This document shows positions 13,546-25,489 of a stretch of DNA of 64,000 nt, one piece after another. Made by a program: the position numbers and the translations under genes. Under the pieces are notes generated by a model, which searched no databases, had not been told where the DNA came from, and worked only from the letters and a program-made list of their open reading frames with translations. Position 1 is the first letter of the stretch. Each line of letters opens with the position of its first letter. This DNA comes from Octopus sinensis (taxonomy: Eukaryota): assembly GCF_006345805.1 (NCBI RefSeq), contig NC_043001.1:45074001-45138000 (forward strand), in the 5' to 3' direction.

Positions 13546-13712
13546 ATACAGGTTGAATATAGTTTCCTGGGAAAGTCCCAAATATTCCTGTACGCCCTGA
13601 AGTACCCACGTACCACCCGTCATCACACCTTTCCATCACATACACTTCATCTCCTTCCCAAAGTTCTAATTCATCTTCATTCTGAGGTTTATAAGCATAA
13701 ATTGCACGATAC
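13546..13712 (-). CDS. SORBS: SORBS/CAP-family last main coding exon (phase 2 to 1): [57 protein letters not shown]3 #3
   Basis: Acceptor ttttgtttttag|G. Matches the characteristic third SH3 of SORBS/CAP ([28 protein letters not shown]). Followed by T|GTAAGT, a perfect donor. If unspliced, the frame continues CKY to TGA at 13535. Confidence 0.95.
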
Positions 13713-13823
13713 CTAAAAACAAAAAGATAATCATACATAGACACATTATATACAGTATTAACTGTCATAAGATTTGTAACTTTGGAAGTATACATTTGCC
13801 ATCATGGGCAAAAGTATACTTCC

Positions 13824-14055
13824 AAAGTTTTTATTTAATTTTAAGGTGGTAAATATTTTTCATTTGAAAATTAGTGAAAATTTATATTCATTTCATCATT
13901 TTGTATAATCACTGAGAAATTTGATAAAATTTTATTATAATTATTGTATGTATATCAAATTTCTCAGTGATTATACAAAATGATGAAATGAATACAAATT
14001 TTCACTAATTTTCAAATGCAAAATATTTACCACCTTAAAATTAAATAAAAACTTT
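13824..14055. repeat. Long AT-rich inverted repeat: arms 13824-13926 and 13953-14055, 26-nt spacer
   Basis: Direct reverse-complement comparison gives 101/103 identity. Confidence 0.95.
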
Positions 14056-14208
14056 TCATAAGTATAACTATTCTTGTCATTTTACTCCCTCTTCTACTCA
14101 TCCTCTGTTTCTATGACATTTTCTCTGATTCTGCATGTATGGTGTATGTGTGTGAGTATAGAATTGTTTTACTCATTGCCTGTCACCATGCCTAGTATGT
14201 GCTCTTGC

Positions 14209-14469
14209 CTTTCCCTCTCCTTCACTATACATGATATAAAGTGCAGATGAAAATATCAAACAACCAGCATTTATATTAGTTAGTTCACACACACACACAC
14301 TATTCATTTGTGGTGAAAGCATTTCTAGGGTAGCTAAAATAATGAAACACATTAGTTAATTGATAAATGTAGTGGAAGATATCAGTAACATTTTTCAACT
14401 CAGCGACTGAAGACAATACACACAATTAATCTGATTGCACATACTTGTTTAAATGGTGCCAAGTAAATT
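14209..14469. repeat. Internally deleted tandem duplicate of ~14470-15844
   Basis: 14209-14310 matches 14471-14570 and 14311-14468 matches 15692-15844 (about 75-80% by eye). Confidence 0.85.
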
Positions 14470-15350
14470 ACTTTCCCTCTCCGATCTACATGGTATTAAG
14501 TGAAAATGAAAATCTCAAACAACCAGCAATTATGTCAGCTATTTTATACACACAGTTATTCATTTGTTTTTCCATGCTAATATTGATTAGATGGGAATTA
14601 TTTGAGTCTACATTTTATGACTGGATGCCCTTCCTGTTGTCAACCTTTACTTGTTTTCCAAGTATGATATTTTTATTTCGCTGATCTTTATAGAGTGGAG
14701 CAACTGAAAGCAGTACACACAATTCACACCATCAACCTCACTCTCTTGCGTGTGACTATCTTTCAATCCAGTGGCAAGGCCAGGTCAAGACAAGTGAGTA
14801 TGGAGATGGATGCAGTGGATGGTGAAAATGCCTTACATTTCTCAGCTCATTCTCTGCATTCCATAATGTGTTACTGCAGCCACCTTCCCCTCCACTAAAC
14901 CATGACAATTTCTTTTGCAAGTCTGCTGGATCCAGTAACACATACACACACACACTTATACAATGTCAAAAAATATTGATACTTTTCTTCATTTATTGAG
15001 ATTTAAATCATTTTTAGAAAATTTTGAATCATAACCTTATTACTCTTGTATTACATAAAAATGATGCCAACTTTTTTTATAAGAATCACTAAGTTCCATT
15101 TTTAAAGGGTTAAAAAATTTTTTAATTAAATTTTTAAAATTAAATCCTTGGTGAGTACTTCTAAAAACTGGTTTGGCAAATTTTAGAAATTTTAGAAGAG
15201 TATATGCATTTCTTAAGCTTAATTTACCAAATGAATTTTTCCTTTGATTTTTTTTTCAATCTGAAGCAAAAAATTTAACCCAATTCATTATATGAATATT
15301 ATCTGATTGTAATCTGAAGCAAAAACTCCATAATGTGAAAAGAAACTTAC

Positions 15351-15714
15351 GTTTTCAGAGCTAGATCATCTTCAGGAAGAGTAAATTTCGGTTTTGCTGC
15401 TGTTTGAATAACTGGTGGAGTTTTGTTGATAGGGGACATGGATTTACGACCAGCACTTGGACTTTGTTTTGTTTTCGGAGAAATAATTTGGCTCTCCAGA
15501 GAGTTCATAATGTTGGCATGGTCATTATAATTTGTTTGTTGGTAGCGTTGAGTTGGGGTGGAGAAAACAGTTTTGGAGACAGAAGGACTGATTACTGGTG
15601 GACTCTGCAGGTGTGAGAGATATCCAGGTCTTTGGTAATTGAAGGCACTTGGTGAGGGTTGTGGTGGCGGCGTGGGAGCATCAAATCCAACTGGTGATAG
15701 CATTTCTGGGGTAG
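15351..15714 (-). CDS. SORBS: SORBS/CAP-family coding exon (phase 1 to 2): Pro/Ser-rich linker between SH3 #2 and SH3 #3
   Basis: Acceptor catcattttag|CT and donor AC|GTAAGT. 364 nt, open frame (ORF 15347..15703). Low-complexity P/S/T/Q composition. Phases match both neighbours. Confidence 0.9.
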
Positions 15715-15951
15715 CTAAAATGATGAAAAAATTAACTAATTAATGTAATGGAAGATATTAGTAATGTTTTTCAAGTCAATGACTGAAGGTGGTACACACA
15801 ATTAATCTGACTGCACAAACTAGTTTGAATGGTGCCAAGTGAATGAAGAGATATAAATAATATCAAAATATAAATATCAAGAGATATTTCGGTCTCAGTA
15901 TTTTCAAATCATTTTTCAGTAGTCAATGTCTTGAGTGTGACCAACTAATTG

Positions 15952-16312
15952 GTGCAGGTGTGGATGTATAGTAAAAAATTAGTTTCCCAACCACATGGTT
16001 CTGGGTTCAGTCCCACTGCATGGCACTTAGGGCAAGTATCTTCTACTATAGCCTTAGGCCAACTAAAGCCTTGTTAGTGGATTTAGTAGGTGGAAACTGA
16101 AAGAAACCCATTGTGTGTGTATTTGTCCCCTGTCGCCACTTGACAACTAGTCATGGTTTGTTTATGTCCCTGTAACTTAGCAGCTTGGCAAAAGAGACTG
16201 ATAGAATAAGTACCAGGCTTAAAAATAAGTACTGAGGTGAATTTGTTCAACTAAAAATTCTTCAAGGTGGTGCCCCAGCATGGCCACAGTTTAATGACTG
16301 AAACAAGTACAA
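15952..16312 (+). mobile_element. SINE family B, full-length copy
   Basis: Head ggttctgggttcagtcccactgc, CORE-like motif, tail ending gactgaaacaagta. Confidence 0.85.
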
Positions 16313-17357
16313 AATATTGTCCCAACATAAGAGTATTATAACTGAACAAGAAAAAGACAAAAAACCAAGATGCAATTGAGAAAGTAAGGAGTTTAGTCCT
16401 GTGTGAGATACCTGATGAAACACATCCATCTACTGTGTTGACATCATCAGAAAAAATCCCAGTGATCAGAGAACATATATGTAGAACTTGGAGCAGCTAT
16501 TCAAAAATCAGCTAATTCTACAGTAGCATTGAGAACAGAATGCCACCAATGAAATTTCTTAGGGAGCAAAAAGTGTGAGGAGTGGGTAACTAAATACAAT
16601 CATTACATGGTTAAGTTCTGGGTACAGTATAGTGACATTTAGAAATGAATCAAGATAACAGTCTGTCTTACTGAAAAACCAAAAGTTAAAAAACATGTAT
16701 ATATTTTCAGTCACCTATGTATGTATATATACTTGGGTGCATCATCAGAGCATCTGGAGTTTTACAAAATACCTGGCAACTTGACTGAGCTTGTGTATGT
16801 GTAATGTAAGACTAACTTAGACAAGGTACCAATACTATTTTAACATTGCATCTACTGACAAGCATCAAATATGTTTGGACAAATATCTATTGAAATACTA
16901 GTATTGTGAACTTCTTAACTATGCAGCCAAATCTGCATGGAAGAATGAGATGTAAAACAAACAGAAAATACTCATAATGAGGACTGACAACCTCTGTATA
17001 TTTTTCACAGTGATCAGTTAAAATCATTGATGATCCTCCAAGATATATTGTAATTTTTGATAACATTCCAGTAATTTAATAATTTTTGATTATCTTCCAA
17101 AAGTAGAATTCTGATGAATTTCCAAAACTAGCATAATTTTTCTAAGGTTGATTGGCACTTAAATATTAATATTTTCTAAAATTTGTTGCAGTATATGCTT
17201 TCTGGTTTTCCTTAATGTCAGCCAGTCAATGACTAGGACTTTCTCTAAAGTAAATGTGATTACATAGGCAATTATATATTATTGAAGTCATTACTATCAA
17301 CCTACAGCACATTAATAATTGTAACTGTTGGAAATATTATGTAATAGTAATAGCTAC

Positions 17358-17520
17358 CTGTCATTGGTGTACATATTACTGACGGTGCAGGGGTTACCAG
17401 TGGAGTAGATGGCTGCCTCATCACTTCAACATAACTAATAGGGAAAATACCCTGCCTTGAACCAATGCGGCCTTCAAGCCAGTTCTCATCAACTTTGCGT
17501 AATAAGGTAATCAGGTCACC
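17358..17520 (-). CDS. SORBS: SORBS/CAP-family coding exon (phase 0 to 1): [54 protein letters not shown], rest of SH3 #2
   Basis: Acceptor cttcttctag|GGT and donor CAG|GTAGCT. 163 nt. SH3 motifs DENW-EG and GIFP-SYV. The donor was chosen by phase match to the next exon. Confidence 0.9.
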
Positions 17521-18293
17521 CTAGAAGAAGAGGAAAAAATTACATAGTAAGGATATTTATCTGAAACACAAAAACAGAAAAAAATATATACTGACAGTTA
17601 AGAATTTAAAATATGTGTTATCTTTTTGGTATTATCATCTGCATTGCGAACCGGGCATGTATTAACAATTGCATTATTGAAATTCTCATGCTTCACAAAT
17701 AAGATTTCACATTCATAATCATTTATATGTTCCTATATGTTTGTCTTATTTGTCTGTCACCTCCACTGGTAGATAGAAGAAACTGGTCAATGTTTCAGCT
17801 AATGATTCATTTTGTTGTTATTGCAAGACGTTTGCTTTGTGAATGTATTCAGGTGACTAGGAAATGTGTGTGTATATAAATTAATCTCAATTATAGTATA
17901 CTAACACGATCATTAAAAAAAAAACATTTTAAGTAGCATTTTTTGTTACTCTATCTGTCATTTCATTTATATAGTCAACCTAAAGTATATCCAAGCTTTA
18001 GTATTTGAGGTATGCCTATGTGTGTCTGTACATATGCATACATATGTGTGTTATTAGGTATGCAGGCAGTATTACAAAACAATATCATGGATAAAATGAG
18101 GAGAAATCAATATGTATTATACAGCAAATATTTATTACAATAGTTAAACTTCACTTAAGTCTTATGCCATGAAAAAGCAATTCTCAAAAATGTGTGTGTG
18201 TGTGTACAAATTGTGTGGTTGCAAATGTAAATAAATAAAATAAAGAAGCAGTTATAAGTTCAAAATATTCTCACACATTTGCATAAGAATTAC

Positions 18294-18404
18294 CTTTTTC
18301 AAAGACAACTCCACAGATGTCTGAGCCACAAAATTATATTTTGCACGGGCCTGGCCTTCAGCTTGCAAAGCTGCTGCATTGGCTGCTTCTATTGAAGTTA
18401 ATAC
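18294..18404 (-). CDS. SORBS: SORBS/CAP-family coding exon (phase 0 to 0): VLTSIEAANAAALQAEGQARAKYNFVAQTSVELSLKK, start of SH3 #2
   Basis: Acceptor attcattacag|GTA and donor AAG|GTAATT. 111 nt, open frame. ARAKYNF-AQT-VELS SH3 motif. Not in the supplied ORF track. Confidence 0.93.
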
Positions 18405-21400
18405 CTGTAATGAATAAACAAGTAATGATTAATAACTATGACACACCTTATTTACTGACTTATGAAGTAAAATCACCCATACATTTGTTGGCACACATTA
18501 CCAGAAGTGATATGGTTGTAGAAGAATCTTAGTTATAGTACTACTATGTGGAAGTGCATAGGTTAGTCGTTAGGGCGTTAGACCCCTGGTCACAAGGTTG
18601 TGTCTTTGATTTCCAGCTCAAGTCTCACATACTGTTCTTGAGCAACCATTTCCTTCATGTTGATCCAGTTCATTCAGCTGAAAATGGTTACCAGCAATGG
18701 CTTGGTGTGTCCAGTTCAGGAAGGTGTATTGTACTCTTGCTTGTTTACACATAACAGAAGCTGGGATAAGCTCCAGCCTCGTGATCCTATAGGGTTGTGA
18801 TAGATCTAAGACCTAAGACTATGGGGGAATTATTTCAGTATTGATGCTCTATGAGCTCTTGTGTGCATGTGTGTGGCTAAGGAATTCACAAAGTTGCATT
18901 GTAGAGATAGATTATGAAGCCTAGTTCAAAGAGAGAAAACTTTAACACATTTAGGAACATCGAATTTTAATATTTCATTTCATAATTAAAACAAATTCGG
19001 CTTTGAATTGATTCTTCTAAAACAACCATTTAATAAAAAAAAAATGCTGTGGCCTTCTTAAGAAATTGGTAGTGGTGGATCAAATGTCTTGTGTTAGCTA
19101 TTTAATTATTTCCTTTTCCATTCAGACTTCAAATACCAACAAGTAAATAATAGTTAAGCAGAATTGATAGAGCACTAGTCGAGTGGTAGACCAAATTCCT
19201 TGTGCTATCGAGTTATGTCCCTTTAGTCAGAGTTCAGCTTCCTTCTGAAGTCGATAAAATAGACATCACTTATGTGTACTAGAGTTGTTTTAATTAACTG
19301 AATGTGTCATCATCCAAAATGTATGGCCATATACCAATAATAAAAATCAATATTTTGTTACATCATAGGTGAGAAGATTAACTGCTAACAGGTTATGAGC
19401 ACAAATATGTAGCTGGAATTTTATTTTCTTTTCTTTTTGTATGTTTCTGTGCAAAATGCTTAATTCTACATTATCTTAATCCCTATAACTATTGGGAGTA
19501 GGTACCAGATCACCTTGGAATGTTCTGCCACTTGTCTCAGTTGGGACAGGTTCTAGATATTGGTTGGGTTTATTAGGTTATATGTTATCATCAGGTATGC
19601 AACAACACAGCACATTCAACATTGAACACGATATGCTCAAGTGGACAGCTTCTTTAGTCCTAACGAATTCTTACTAATGTTTTACAGCATCAGTTTCCAC
19701 CATCATTAGGTGGCTACCTTCCTCAAATACAAAAGATTCCTTTCTTAATTTTGTTGTTGATATTCAGCCCTGATTATGTAGACCTATAATGAAAAACACC
19801 ATAATTGTGATAAACACATCCCTTCATCAAACAATATAACTAGGACTACATTGTGTATTGTTCCATTTTGATAATGGTCAGATGTGGTTTGGCTGATGTT
19901 TTTAGATAAGAAAAACCGTGTAGAGGTTCCTTCTTTGGCTAAGACTCTTGTATGTTATAAAAGACAGTGTAGGAGTAGGATGATTAAATGCCTTGCAATA
20001 TTTACTGTGTACTTACATGAGCTGTTTTTTTACTTTAAATCCCATTGGAGCTAGCTATACCTTTCATCTGTCTGGGATGAATAAAATAAATACTAGTAAT
20101 ATACTCAGACCAATTTCTCCATGACAATGTGAAGAATTAATTACTTGATAGAAACAGTACAAGGAAGGAAGGGAGTGAATGCTATTTTTTATGATTTAAT
20201 TTCATCCTTCAACATTCTCAGTCCATTATATCTTAGCTTTACATTTCACTCATATGTAGTTGTTGTTATTGTTTAGGTAAGGTAAGGTGAATTCAGATCA
20301 AACAGATTTTTGATCAAAGTTATCTAGCCATGACCATCTTGTCTTTTCAGTTATCGTTAATCTCAGATTATATATTCTGATATGTCCACTTCCTCGGAAG
20401 GGGGTGGGGGAGACACCGGTAGTGTGTGATATAGGAATATTAGCTGCTATTTCTAGCGGATTGACTACGTACAGGCTCTCTTATTGGGTCAATGGCCTGT
20501 ACACTCATTTGATATGCTAGTAGTAGCAGACTGCCTGTGATAGGAAACAACTAAATCTAAGTCAGAACCATTTGTAAATAATATAGTAATACACTAAGAG
20601 ATTGACATATCTAGACCTATCTTTTACAACCACCTGCATGGGTTTGTAAGGGATAGGGCTAGTTGATTATGAAGAGAAAAGCAATATTTAGCTTGGATTT
20701 GATTTTCATCCTTGTAGAGCTATGGTTTAACCCCAGGTTAGCCTTAAATGAACCTATGTTTAAAGCACTTTTTTCAGGCCTTGTTCATCCAAGGATATAT
20801 AATCTAATGTATCCTTCTCATTTTAAGATAGTAGAGTGTCACTTCAAGAAAATTAGGCTGTTGTATCTACACTATTGAAAGACAGTAGAGTTACTCCCTC
20901 AAGATTTGATAATGAAGTTATTTAAAATATAGGGTGGTTTCTTCAGACTATACTTTCCCCTCTGCAGAAAAATAGATATAGGCCTAGTCAACAGAAAATA
21001 TAGAAAAGTTTGAAAGTTAGTGAGAGTGGCTGATGTATTAGACTACTTGAGTACATGCCATAATGAATTCAGTATCTCTATAGCTGGAGATCTAATCATG
21101 CCTTTGCCTGTGATCATTCAAGGGTTGATAAAATGATGAGCTTATTGTATACAGTGCTCAGGAGTAACTACAACTCATCAGAAAAAGATAACAGAAGGGA
21201 CAGAAAGTAGTAATAATCCACACAAAAAAAGACAGCAATGATAGCCATAAGTGCATGCATAGTAGACAGGATAAAACAAGACAGAAAAGTGAACTGTAAA
21301 AGAATCACAAAGTGGAAACGGTGCATGGGCATGTGAGGAGTAGTTTTGATAGATTTGAATAAGAAAAAAACATTTTCAAACTTTTATGATTTATCACAAA

Positions 21401-21971
21401 TGCCACACCTTCCTATTATGTTCAATATAATACTACATTATTAGCTATATAATCAGGCAGAAAGTATTGAATTTAAATTTTCTTTACTATTTTATGTGTG
21501 TTTAATGGTTTATCAGATTTTTTTGACAAATTAACACACATCACTGACAAGTGAGGTATGCATGTGCACACATGCATGTACGCACGTGTGTGCACACACA
21601 CATACGCACACACACAAACCCTACACCAGCTGCTGGTTTCAAACCAGTGCTCCCTTTGTATTGCCACCTGCAGCAGGTGTTGTAATCTGATAAAAGACCA
21701 CCACCACCACCATCCTTTTATGCTTGTTTTCTATGTTGGCATGGATTTGACAGTTTGTTACAGTATCTCCACTTTCAAAACAGCAACAAAAAACTAGTGG
21801 TGAGTTTCAACTTACAAGTGTTCATTATCTTATCATTCAGGTATTTCCCTTATAATCATTGAAGCAGTAAGAATGAAGTAAGAGACAGCAAGAATAAAAG
21901 AATAAAAAGTTAACCAAAAAAAAAGCTAAAAGGGAAGAAAATGAAATTATGTCAATGTACTTTATACCAAC

Positions 21972-22086
21972 CTCAACATAGCTGCATGGGAAGATGCCAT
22001 AACGTCCGTGTTTCTCCCCAGCAAACCAATTCTTATCAAGTCGATGGTGAAGATAAAGAACGTCTCCTTTTCTAAATGATAATTCT
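21972..22086 (-). CDS. SORBS: SORBS/CAP-family coding exon (phase 2 to 0): [38 protein letters not shown], rest of SH3 #1
   Basis: Acceptor tttctttacag|A and donor GAG|GTTGGT. Canonical SH3 motifs ELSF-KGD, W, GIFP-SYV. Lies within ORF 21837..22109. Confidence 0.95.
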
Positions 22087-23739
22087 CTGTAAAGAAACGA
22101 AAGGAACAAGGAAATATAAGATGAAGTTTGGTAATTTACAGAAAGTAAATATTTTATTAATCATCTGGCTAATTATATATATGCAGTTTGAGTCTTTTCT
22201 GCTGCTCTTTTGTCTTTTTGAATCCTCAGTGGGATTTGAACTAACAATGTAAAGAACTGGGAACAAATACTGCATTGTATTTTCTGATGTTCTAATGATT
22301 CTGCCAATCCACACTGTTTTCAGAGTCATAGATAATCACAAGAAAACTGTGGTCATTGGAGTTTAAATCCCCATCAACCTTAAAGCACAAAGAAGATTCA
22401 TTTGAGGGTTCTTAGCAGTAGCCTCTTGCTTAAGGAAGCCAGAAGTATTAGTCAATTAAATCGAATCCAGTACTGGACTAATACTTTATCCATTCTGAAA
22501 GGATGGAAAGTAGTTTTGACTTCAATAGGATTTGAATCAGAATGTAAAAATCCAGAACTAAATAGTATGGCATTTTGTCCAATTCTGCCCAATGCAATGC
22601 CTGATACATTAGCTGATGTATAAACGTGAGATGACAGTGTTAACATGGCCATTTGATGGAAATAGAGTGTACAAAGAAAGGGAAGGTCAAGGAAGATGTA
22701 TAGAAAAGTAAAGTTTGATTGTTGGACCCTCATAGATGAAGTGTCATAGGATCAATAGATGTAAGTATATGATATATATAGCAGAACTGTCTGAAACTTA
22801 TGGTAACCTAGATAACCAAATGTTAAAACTTATGGTGACTGTATTTTTAGTAAGATATGATTGGTGTTGGTCTACAGTTGTTGCTGCTGTTTAATCCCAA
22901 GACACTGTTCATGAATAAACCTATGATCAAAGAAGTTCCATTCAGTAATCTTATCATACACAGTATCTATAACAACATAATATAGTTTCTATTTTCTAAC
23001 ACTGCAGGGTGGGATTTTAATGAGATGTGGCTGTTAATACTGGCAAATTAAGGGACCATCTTGATATACAATTGAACTTAGTTGTTCTGTACAAAGAGAT
23101 CTTAATAAAGGAATGCTATGGATTTAATTTATCTCTGATATTTGACAACTGACATGTAAATATTGAAGATAATATCCAACCGAATAGAGTATAAAGTTAC
23201 ACAGTTCAAGACTTTGTGAATCTGAAATTTACATCCCAGTAAAAAGCAGAAATCACGACTAAAAATGGGGGTAAAAGTTTGCAAATAACTGTCATATTCA
23301 CATGGGAATTGTATATATATATGTACTGTTAGAAGCAAAGTCATCAAGTGCAGAGTAGTCCTATAAAGATCAAACTAAAGTTGCATAATCTAGTTCACAA
23401 TATTAAAATGAGATGTTCTAAGGGAGGTAACCGATATCAATCTTACAATTTTGTTTGACTTTTTTTTACATCTCAAAACTTTTGAGCACAACTTGAAATT
23501 TATTTGTTGAATAGAAAATAATCCAACTTGAGTCAATTACAAAATAAATACCAAATACATATATAAAACAAAATGTCGGACCAATTCCTGCCACAGCTCC
23601 ACAACAGAAGCAAAATTCCGTACCTGAGAAATCTTTCTGCATACTATTAAGCAATATGCATAGCACTTACTGCAATGTCTCTATCTACAGACATAGCAAT
23701 TGCTGAGCTACATGTATCAAGATATGTTGTGTTTTACAC

Positions 23740-24300
23740 AGACAGGAAAGAAAGAAGTCATGGTAGAGTTGCCATCATTAACCTTGTCATATTCAAAATG
23801 TCTGTGATACACTTGTAGTACACACAGCAACTCACTATGTACAGCATATCGTAGACCTGACATCTCAAAATCAATGGTAAATTTGAGAAAAACTTTAGAA
23901 TAATCTAAGAAGTACTAACTAAACTAGATCATGGGTGACTTCAACTTCCCAAACATCAAATATCTCGAAAACAATATCAGGAATATTATATCATGAACAA
24001 AATTTTAATCTCACTAAAAACGATGTTCATAGAACAAATAATACTTTACCCACCAGGAGCAACAACATTTTAGCCTTCTGCTTCACTATAACATGAAACA
24101 TAATTGGCAGTTTGAAGTGATGTCAAAGATTTTCTTAGAATCATAACAATAGAATTGACAATTATGATTGGAGGTAAATCAAAGATGTGTAACCCTGTCC
24201 AACTTAAACTTCAACAAAGCTGACAGGAAATCATTTCAAAAAGATCATAATTCACTTAAATAAACAATTTAATGACAGAGAGAAGTCCCACTTATACAAG
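23740..24300 (+). mobile_element. CR1/L2-like LINE, AP-endonuclease remnant
   Basis: IMGDFNFPNI, PTRSNNIL..FT and LNFNKAD motifs in order, with disruptions. Confidence 0.75.
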
Positions 24301-25489
24301 GTACTTTCAGAGATCGAAAAACTCAGACTATCTCATTAAAAAGATAGGGAAATATAAAAACGAACTTCTAAAGTTTTCTACGTATTTGCAAAAACATTTG
24401 CAGTGTGAGATACACAAATAAATAAGTCTGGTGAGTTGTTCAACTCTGCAACTTTACATAAGGGAGAGGCAACCACCAACCCCATTTACATAAAAGAGGA
24501 TAGTGTAATATTGGCCACTGATGAGATGAAGTTGAACTCAGCAATAGACTTTGGTCATTTTCCAGTGATTCATTTAAGGAAAACACTTGGAAAAAGAAAG
24601 CTCTTCTGGAGCTTCCATTGCTTGTGACTAACTTCCCCCAAAATTAAAAGAATAAATAATAAGCCCTATCCTATAAAGGAGAAAGCAGAGCAGATGCTAA
24701 AAATTATTAGCCTATTTCTCTGGGGGACTCTTTAGCTTTGCCAGGTACAAGACAGCCTCTCTAGTACTAAAGTTACAGTGGTTGATGATATGAAGGGCAT
24801 CCAGCTATTGAAACCCTGCTAAAAAATGGAATATGTGAGCAAGACATGGTCTCTGACTACCTAAAAGGTCAGTAACTCCAGATGATGGTGCTTTCTGACT
24901 AGGGTACAAGTGGAAGGAGAGAGTAGAAGTAATTCACCTTCAACCTTTCACAAATACTTCATTTCACTGACCCTAGAAGCATAAAAGGTAAAATTGACCT
25001 CAGTGAGATCTGAAATGAGAATCTAAAGAACCATTTCTAAATATACCACAAGGCATTTTTTCCCACATGCTAATGATCCTGCCAATAATATTAACAATAA
25101 TATCAGCTAACTAATTTACTACTCCTTTTTGCCCTCTTTCACTTCTCCCACTTATACACACAGAGAACAGTCATAACACATTACAGGGATGATGGCTTTG
25201 CTACTGAAGCTATGTCTGTCTGTGTATATATGGTGGTAGGAGAACTCAGGAGATAGGATGGTAACAGGTCAATGGAGTAGCTGAAGGAGAAAAGGAAAAA
25301 AACAACCAAGAACAACATAGATAGAAAAAGTAAAAAGAGAAAGAAGGAGGTTAAAAAGAAGTCACATTTTCAGATAGTTATTATTGTTTGTATTACTTCT
25401 CTTACTTCTTCCTTTCAAAACTCTGACTCATTTTGAAGATATAAATAATTAAATACACCAAATTAAAATATTAATTGAAATAAAGGTGA

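Noticed and set aside
16412-16450. CTGATGA-containing hairpin as a hammerhead ribozyme
   Set aside because: There is no GAAA core after the stem (GACA). CTGATGA simply pairs with the downstream TCATCAG.
21837-21971. Hydrophobic extension after SH3 #1 as a transmembrane isoform
   Set aside because: It is the read-through of a T-rich intron start. A GAG|GTTGGT donor in the correct phase joins to the next SH3 exon.
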